A stretch of 64,000 nucleotides of DNA, taken from positions 6,006,575 to 6,070,574 of the forward strand of contig NW_002060945.1 of NCBI RefSeq assembly GCF_000150275.1, given 5' to 3'. Positions within the stretch are counted from its first letter, which is position 1; every line of letters begins with the position of its first letter. The translations under genes were made by a program, and so were the position numbers. The DNA comes from Trichoplax adhaerens. Lineage: Eukaryota; Animalia; Placozoa. The notes below the pieces were generated by a model. The model was not told the DNA's origin. It ran no database searches and saw only the letters and a list, made by a program, of their open reading frames with translations. Shown piece by piece: positions 54,954 to 64,000 of the stretch.

Positions 54954-57900
54954 ATGATGATCATCTCTGGAGTGAGACGTATAAACATCGGTAATCTCCA
55001 TCGGATTTCAAGGTGTTGGCTAAGCTCGAGAATGGCTGAAGTGACGTTTAATCCCAATCCAGAAATCAAATATAAGAAGGTATCATAGGAAATTGATGGC
55101 AAAAATCATTTTTCTGCCAACGTCTTATGATTGCATATGTTGAAGCTTTCCATATTTTTACTTTGACTTGGATAAACGATCAGTTTGTCCATGAGAAACT
55201 TATTCAATTACTGCACTGTACAGTGTACAGTATGTCGAAAAGATGGATAGGCTGCATCATCTTTTAATATCACTTTGACAGTGATATTGCCATCCAGAAA
55301 TATCATTCCCAATATAATGTATGCACCGTAGATCAACTGGATGCACTCGGTTGCAGTGGCGTATGTCCATAAAATGATCCTGATGTGAGATATTGCAGGA
55401 GTGAGTCAGCAAATTCTCGGCGGTACCATCATTACTCCATTTTGCAGCAGAATTGCACACAGGGATCAACATGGATATCCGACTTCTACAATATTAAGTG
55501 ATTTTTACCTCTAGCTGCAGATTTTAAGCCATCTAATACAGTCTCCAACTAAAATGGACTATGAATTTGCATTACAGATTCTCTTCTTCTACTATACTGT
55601 ACAGTAGTTTATGTACTTGTATGTGTCGAAGTTTCTACTTGTAAACTGTGCTGATAATCCTAGATCATAACGATAGGTCAAGTCTGCTTTATCGCTCTCT
55701 ATCGATAGTAGCGCAGCAAACAGGCAAAGTTTTTTTCTTGCAAATTCCGCCATCCAGAGATCACAGTTGTAAAATAACCTTGCTTTTACACTGGGAACAG
55801 CAATTTAATTAATCGTTAGTAAAGATTCAGAGTTGCTCGCTGATGCGAATGGTTGTGCTGTTTTCTCCTCGAAGAGTAGCGCAAACACAAGAACTAGAAT
55901 TGAAAATTAGTATACTAAGCATTTACTTCATCACTATTGTAAATAATTTATTTTTGATACTGACTAATACAGTACTTGGAATGTATTTTGTAGATCTTTA
56001 TCAATAATGATTGGCATGATGCAGTTAGTGGTAAAGTCTTTCCAACTATCAATCCGTCAACTGGTGAAGTAATTTGCGAAATTGCTGAAGGAGATGCGGT
56101 AAGTCAATGGCCAAAGGTATCCATGAATAAGATCTAACATCATTATCCGCTTTCTTCAAGTTTATAATTAAACCTTGTGGTGCATCTTGTGGTTGACTAG
56201 TGATACTTTTCATAAAATACAGCTCGCGCTTTGCTACTAGTTAATTGACTTTTATTGAAGGTTGTAGTGTACATACATTAGCAGAGTAATTGAATGATCG
56301 TGTGAAGCAATGCCGAAGAGGTCTTAAGACTTTCCTTTTTATAAGATTCTAACTGTAATAGTAACGGATCGTTTGTAACTTAGCAGCGTTGTACTATTCA
56401 GATATTGAAGTTGAATAATTCCTAGACACGACACAGACAAGCATTTTGATAACATAACATGTTGATAATTTGTAATCTATGATTATTAGAACTTAGAACT
56501 TATCGATTATAATTATAATTATCAGACATGATATTACCCTACGGTTCGGACTTAGTGTATTAGTGTAACGATACATATATTTGAATGATTATTGGCGACA
56601 AACCTTGAGCAATGCCGATATTACAAATGATTCGAAATTGAATAGTTTAACAATAATTAATATAAGACTAAGAATGTTGCAGTGCAATATATGCAGTTTC
56701 TATAATCAGCTTGATCGAACTGTGAAATATCAATGTGTCAGGATAGTTAACGCAATCGATAGATGACGACGAAGGAATGCTTATATCAATTGTTGTTCGC
56801 CAAGTATGCTTACGTAATCCTATGTTTCCAATGTCAAATGGAAAAGTATTTCCAAAATTTTCCTTTTATTCGTCTATAGAAAAAGAGCGAATGAATTAGT
56901 TTTTAGATCCAATCGATAGCTTAAGCAAATGCTATACAATCTTTGAAGACAGCTTAACAATGAGACTATTACAGAATACATTATTGCATTAGGTCCAGGA
57001 ATAGCCAAATTTTATACTCTATAATTACTAGTAAATATACTAATCCCTGTATTACTTGTACCAATAATTCAGGCCGATGTTGATCTCGCTGTCAAAGCTG
57101 CTAAAGATGCCTTTAAGAAAGGAAGTCCATGGAGAACAATGAATGCATCGAAACGTGGATTACTGATGAATAAATTAGCTGATCTAATCGATAGGGACAG
57201 AAAATACTTGGCTGTAAGTTTTAATCCAGCGATTACTTTCTTTGCATGATTATGACTTTACTTTTTCCTGATAAGTGCAGTATTTGTATCTCATATACCT
57301 GTAATATTCAAACTAGCTTATGTTATAATACAATAATAAACGGCTTGATTAAACAATAACCTTACTATGAAATTACTACTCCAAATTACATTTGGCAATG
57401 AAATATTATTATCGTAATTGGTAAAATTCTCATAGGAGTTAGAAACACTGGATAATGGCAAACCAGTCAGAAATGCTTATCTTGGAGATTGTCAAGGAAT
57501 TATTAATGTGTTAAGGTAAAATAATTTGATAGGCTTCAATTAAGCATTTCACGATATTGTACAATGAAAAATGTTCAACAAAAGAGTAACTTGCAAATTA
57601 CCCTCAGATATTATGCTGGATGGGCTGATAAGATTCATGGTAAAACCATTCCAATTGGTAAGTCATACATCTGTTTTTTAACTAGCTTGTAATTTCTCAT
57701 ATAACTATTCGTACTTTGTCTTATCCATCGTCTTGAGTTATTATAACTACGAATGTACTTCTAATTATAATCATTCACAGATGGAGCCTTCATGTGTTAT
57801 ACTCGCCATGAACCGGTTGGCGTTTGTGGCCAAATCATTCCTGTAAGGCTGAAATGTAATGTTTCGTCTATTTACCATTGCTGACTATACTTGATGTTGG

Positions 57901-60368
57901 ATTGTCCAGCTATAATTTGCTGTACACTTTATTAAACTACAAGACTTTAATACGTTCTGCTCATATTGATACGCTAAGCAAGATAATTCTGTAAATAGCA
58001 TATATTTTCCCCAGCGGTTATTTTCTCAGAGATAGCTTCGAATCTACTACTATTAATTAGTGTGTATTACCTTATAGCGATAGCAGGAACGTTGCAAATA
58101 TTATATGCTACTATTTCCTAAATAGCCATAGCTTTACAATTATTGACTAGTGGAATTATCCGATGGCAATGGCCGGATGGAAATTTGGTCCAGCTCTTGC
58201 TTGCGGTAATACAATTGTCATGAAACCAGCAGAGCAAACCCCTCTATCCGTCCTTTATATCTGTAGCTTAATTATCGAGGTAATAACTGATATTCATCAC
58301 ATCAAGACACCACAATTACATTTAAAATGATAAATACTACAGATGAAATTTATTAATCTAGATTCACTTAAATTTAGGCTGGTTTCCCTCCTGGCGTAGT
58401 CAATGTTGTTCCAGGATACGGTCCTACAGCTGGTGCTGCAGTTGCTAGACATCCAGATATTGATAAAGTTGCTTTCACTGGCTCTACCGAAGTAGGAAAA
58501 ATTATTATGGCAGCTGCCGGCGAAACTAATCTCAAGAAAGTAACCTTAGAATTAGGCGGAAAAAGTCCACATATCATTTTTGATGACGCTGACAGTATGT
58601 TAAGAAATAGACAATTTTATCAATTCGTATTCTCATACTGTAATGAAGAATTATTTTATTATAAAACGATGTTAACTGGGTAACTATTACATACGCAATT
58701 ATAGTTGATGAAGCAGTTAAAAATGCACATGAGGGCTTATTTGCCAACCATGGTCAAAATTGCTGTGCTGGCTCCCGAGTCTACGTACAAGACACCGTCT
58801 ACGATGAATTTGTAGCCAAGAGCGCAGCGTTAGCCGAAAAGAGAGTTGTCGGTGATCCATTTACAAATGTCCAACAAGGACCACAGGTATGCAATAAAAA
58901 TATTCTCGTTTTAAACAGCATATCTACTGACACTAAGTAAATAACAAGAAATACTATACAATCATTGACGATATGGATAACTTTTTCTATACTTTACTGT
59001 AATCACTTTAAATCAGATAGACTCTAATAATCAACGATAACATAAATGTGTTGCGATTAATTTCCACTCGTTCCAAATTCATTGAAGATCGATCAAGAAC
59101 AATTCAATAAAATTATGGGTCTAATTGAAAGTGGAAAAGAACAAGGGGCAACCCTTAAATGCGGCGGTAAGCGCTTTGGTACACAAGGCTTTTTCGTAGA
59201 GCCCACCGTTTTCGCTGACGTTAAAGATGATATGAGAATTGCTAGAGAAGAGGTATTTTAATAAGTGATGACTCAATATTGTTTTAGTTCATAGTTCAAT
59301 AGCTGTATAATAGTAAGTCTGAGGAGTAGACAAATAGCCAATTAATTATCTTGTGAGATCTGTTACCGAGATTGAATATTCTACTTACTATAGATCTTTG
59401 GACCCGTCATGCAAATTTTAAAGTTTTCAACCATTGATGAAGTTATCGAAAGAGCTAATGACACTCAATACGGATTAGCAGCAGGAGTCCATACGAAGGA
59501 TATGAAGAGAGCATTACATGTTTCCAATCATATAAGAGCTGGATCAGTCTGGTAAGACACCAAGCAATTTAATTTTACATTAAGAGATTTATGTACTGGA
59601 TATATCAAAGTTACCTTAAAACTACTCTAATGTCTTTTTTTTTCGCTAAGGATAAACACGTATGACTACGTTACTGCACAAACACCATTTGGTGGTTACA
59701 AAATGTCTGGAATCGGTAGAGAATTGTAAGTTAGAACAATACCTGAAATCAAAAATTAATAATGAAATAAAGTAGTATAAATTGTCTGTCGACACGGAAG
59801 TAAACTATTCGCAATATAGATTTTTTAATCCAAAATATAATGTGATATAATGTATTTGCTCTTAGCATAATTATTACTTGAGATAGAAGTATTGGAGATC
59901 TTTATTAGACAATAGTATCTGCAATGATATATCACATGTACGCGTATATACAATCATATATCACGAAACATGCAATCCTTAATTTAATTATTTATCGTAG
60001 CTACATTATGAATAATAAATTTGAAATTACGTATGTAGTTACATGCTGCAGAATATCTACACCATCATTTGTCTTAACTTTGCTATAAATTTATATTACT
60101 ATGGTTAGCTCTTATACATATTGCTAATACAGTAATTCTAGTTACCACTATAGATTGTAAATTAATATTTATTTACATATGTGATTACACACTGGAGAAT
60201 ATCTGCAGATCATAGCTATACTTTAAACGATAAATTCGATCTGATCAAATATGATGTTTAATAGCGCTAAGTAGAAAAATTTCTTTTAATAGGGGCCCCT
60301 ATGCTTTGGAACATTACACCGAAGTGAAAACTGTTACCGTCGCTCTTGATTCAAAAGCCGCTAAGTAA
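54954..60368 (+). CDS. ALDH1/2-family aldehyde dehydrogenase, copy 3 (13 coding exons; putative mitochondrial presequence; internal ATG at 55032)
   Basis: Exon 1 (54954-55079) gives [42 protein letters not shown]. Motifs [14 protein letters not shown] (uninterrupted), [33 protein letters not shown]; ends LDSKAAK* at 60368. Confidence 0.93.
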
Positions 60369-62514
60369 AGACTGATTTTTAGGGAAATTATCATTCACAT
60401 CATCAATAGTAAAAGCTATCTCTACACTTACTACATATTATTTTACTATTCGATTCTTACGTTGTAAGTACTGTCCACCATTTGCACTGTTTGCTTGTCT
60501 ATGGTACGCATATACAGTACCTTTACTTCGCTAAGCAATACAACATGTATCATTTTAGATACACCTTTTCTCGTATTTAGAACCATTGCATAAAAACTAT
60601 TATTCTACAATAAGACTAAGCTTTTAACAAAATTCTAGCCTTGCTACTACTGAGTTTTTATATCGGTACGTAGCCCTACGCCGAAATACTAATTAAAATT
60701 TTTAACAAAAATAGAACCAATTCATTGTATTGTCTCATGTACGGCGATCGCCATACACGCAGTCAAATTTCTTTCATTTGCAGCTAAACCTTTCATTGCA
60801 TATTATATCCAAGCAGCAAATGATACTAAGTTTGCGATATTCATCATCACAAGCATGTCGGTCAAGTTGTTAATGGCTTATAGTTGCTTTTAGCTCTCTA
60901 TTAGCTGCTTACGTACTGTCTACAGTATGTCAATATTTTCCTATTTACTTTTGATGGGAAAAGGCGTAAGAACTTTTTACTGGTGTTCTATAGCATTTAA
61001 TGAACTCCAGCAGTACATTCCTAATTATGGTAATGTTTGCTAAAGAGAGCTAAAGAGCAAAAGATCATCGAAAGAAAACTTTTTCTCTTAGTATTTAAGT
61101 TACTATCTACGATGTTCTTTTTATTTAGTTCATTAATCCTTATTTACTGTAGCATACCATCAAGTTCAACTTTATTCCACCTGCAAGAGTCCCTACGATT
61201 TGAACTTTACCGCCAATTAATGATACAGTACCATTTACTTTGTAAATGTCGTTTAGTTAAATTCGCTGCAATCAGATAGTTCATATGCTAATAGTATGGC
61301 TAATAAAGTAAGCATGAATACTGTTTAATAATTATCCCATTTTATCTCCTTCATCGCCTTTCTTCAGTACTTACTTTACTTTACTATGGTAAGGGTCATA
61401 AAGCAAGAAACAGGAGAAATTGAACATTATTTACGGTTCCTGTGGGTTTGTTACAGACAGAGACCAGAAAAATTCGCAACTGATTTATAACAGTAAACTC
61501 GGAATTATTCTTTTCTAGACAAGGATGAAATCCTCGCGCAATTTACTAGACTTCCTGACTATAAAGTATTCTATTCTCGATATTATTGTGGTTAATCAAT
61601 ACCGAGTGCAAGAGATGACGACCTGATTTGCGCGTATAAAAATTTCGGACTATCCTTTCGTCAGCGAGTATTAAATCCACGCTGGATTTGCAATACTTAT
61701 TGACAATAAAGCTTTCACTATATTTTCGTGGTTATTAAGTAATGCCGAGTCCAGGACATAACGTCGATTAACTTATGGCTTGATCCATAATCTGATTCAA
61801 TAATTGTATACAATACCTTCTACTCAGACTATCAAAGGTATTTGTTATACCATAGTCATTCCTATTAGTGCATTGCAGTTCAGCCAGCATAGTAACCTGG
61901 AGAAACTGTATTCTCGATAGAAATGAATTACTTAATGACATAGTAAATCCTTTGGGTGTACCGGTTATTATATTATAAGCCATTTTATTACAATTTTTCT
62001 TCAAGAAATGAGAGACCAAGCAAGGATTAACTAAAAAACTGTCATTTCAGCAACATTTATAGAACAAAAATTCAAATCTGTCCAACTCGAATGTCGAGTG
62101 TATCCTTTCTCTTTAGTAGCCCCTGATGGCTATACTCCCAATGAACGCCAAGTCAATTATATAATTAGTCGAGATTACATCTGGACTGTCTAACATTTCA
62201 CTTTTAAGTTAACAATCTAGTCAGGCTTGACCATAGAAGTTAAAAAATGACCTCGATCTTTACTATAGGGGGTAAAAGAAAAAATTGTACCTCTATAAAC
62301 TCAACTATGGACTGTACTGTAGTCTGCAGACAGCCATGTTGATTCAAAATATCAAGATAAAGTAAAGGATAAAACACTGAGCAGAATCAGTGCCGGCTAC
62401 AAACCCTAGTATACTGGGAGACAGCGAGCGTCGAAAAGCTATTTAGGACAACAAGCAAACCAGCAAGGCTGCACAAAAATTGCAAGATAAAGGCTACGGA
62501 GTAAAAGCAAGACC

Positions 62515-64000
62515 ATGGCGGAACCAACATTTAACCCAAAACCTGAGATTCAATTTACAAAGGTACGATCATTTTGTGACGCAATTGTAGCTTATAATTG
62601 GGAATAACAGTCTATGAAAGGATGCAATGATTAAGAAAGTAGAAGAATCATGTCTCACTTTATGCTAGTTGACTGTAAGTTTTCCTGCACTTGCATAGCT
62701 GAGTTTTTCTATAGGCATGCAATCGAAGTCGATTGAAGCATGCAATTATGAAATACAAGGCTATGATGAAGATGTTATGATAGAAAGTAGTTGTGTTATA
62801 TAACAACGAGTATCATGTCTACGTTTTATACTGTCTAAATTTTTCCTTTTACAATAACAATGTCGTACCATTTGTTTCGGAGGTACAAGGTTATGATGAA
62901 GATGTGATGATGAAAAGTAGTTATGTAATACACGTAAATATCATATCTACATTTTATACTATCGGAGTTTTCCTATATATTACGAATGACATCGTTACAT
63001 TCGATTGGCAAGAATAACGCTACGATGACGATACGATAGATAGTAGCTGTACAAGATCGAAGAGTTGTAGTATAAATTATATTTCAATTTTTCTCATCTC
63101 TGCACGAGATGCAGTTGCAGTTAAGAGACTTGTTTAATGCTTTTACTCAATTTTAGGCGTATATTTCTATTGACACTATGTTCTACTCCGTAGATTTTTA
63201 TCAATAATGAATGGCATGATGCCGTCAGTGGCAAGACTTTTCCAACTATTAATCCAACAAATGGCGAAGTCATTTGTCAAGTAGCTGAAGGAGACGCGGT
63301 TTGTAAATACCATGTAGATTTTATAGGTTTAACTAGATCTTGCAAGAAATATAAAATATAAACGATTTATATATTGTGCACCCTGCTATAACAAACATCA
63401 AGCAAAGTGTACTATCTATATTTGATTATATCATACAGGACTATGTAAGATATATGATATACTATGATATGCATTACTGTAATATGTATACTGTACTATG
63501 ATAAAGACTGCTATTACAGAATACAATATTGCATTAGGTCCAGGAATAGCCAAATTTTATACGCTATAATTACTAGTAAATACACTGATCTCTGTATTAC
63601 TTGTACCAATAATTCAGGCCGATGTTGATCTCGCTGTCAAAGCTGCTAAAGATGCCTTTAAGAAAGGAAGTCCATGGAGAACAATGAATGCATCGAAACG
63701 TGGATTACTGATGAATAAATTAGCTGATCTAATCGATAGGGACAGAAAATACTTGGCCGTAAGTTTTAATCCAGCGATTACTTTCTTTGCATGATTATGA
63801 CTTTACTTTTTCCTGATAAATGCAGTATTTGTATCTCATATACCTGTAATATTCAAACTAGCTTATGTTATAATACAATAATAAACGGCTTGATTAAACA
63901 ATAACCTTACTATGAAATTACTACTCCAAATTACATTGGTAATGAAATATTATTATCGTAATTGGTAAAATTCTCATAGGAGTTAGAAACACTGGATAAT
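62515..64000 (+). CDS. ALDH1/2-family aldehyde dehydrogenase, copy 4 (5' part; truncated by window end)
   Basis: Exons 62515-62562 ([16 protein letters not shown]), 63194-63298, 63618-63758, and 63980 onward (ELETLDN). In-frame TAA 27 nt upstream of the ATG. Confidence 0.9.
62753..62934. repeat. Short direct repeat in ALDH copy 4 intron 1
   Basis: tacaagg(c/t)tatgatgaagatgt(t/g)atgat..aaagtagtt at ~62754 and ~62884. Confidence 0.75.
63511..64000 (+). repeat. Near-identical copy of 56966-57456 (ALDH copy 3 intron 2 end, exon 3, intron 3, exon 4 start)
   Basis: About 9 differences in ~490 bp by eye, including the intronic sequence. Confidence 0.95.

Noticed and set aside
43550-58577. Antisense ORFs over ALDH exons (43550-43783, 51841-52125, 58374-58577)
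   Set aside because: Shadow frames of conserved coding exons.
45001-60400. Peroxisomal targeting or stop-codon readthrough at ALDH C-termini
   Set aside because: The ends are EAK/EAK/AAK (not PTS1) and the stops lack the TGA-CTA readthrough context.
62760-62915. ATGATGA C-box-like motifs suggesting intronic snoRNAs (also ~8447-8524 on the minus strand)
   Set aside because: No properly placed D box with a terminal stem; such motifs are expected by chance in AT-rich DNA.

Overview
AT-rich, intron-dense, gene-dense animal DNA. Short GT-AG introns and the gene content suggest a placozoan (Trichoplax-like); this is an inference. There are no prokaryotic features or CRISPR arrays. Reading splice sites by hand gives, in order: CK1-gamma (-, 11 coding exons), NDUFA13 (+, 3 exons), MYBBP1A/Pol5-like (-, many exons), an intronless NAGLU (+), RIIAD1 (+, 4 exons), Nicalin (+), and a head-to-tail array of at least four ALDH1/2-family genes (+; the fourth is cut by the window end). 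The ALDH array is the most interesting part. The three complete paralogues carry different substrate-channel signatures (RALDH-like G124/T303/T459; ALDH2-like L124/C303/F459; G124/N301/A296/V459). Only the third, wide-channel copy has an in-frame, Arg-rich, acid-free 26-aa leader resembling a mitochondrial presequence, ahead of a second strong-context ATG. Copy 3 also lacks one intron and shares a ~98% identical intron+exon tract with copy 4. Intergenic DNA holds local tandem duplications, TACAG/CTGTA clusters near gene starts, and a small hAT-like inverted-repeat family.
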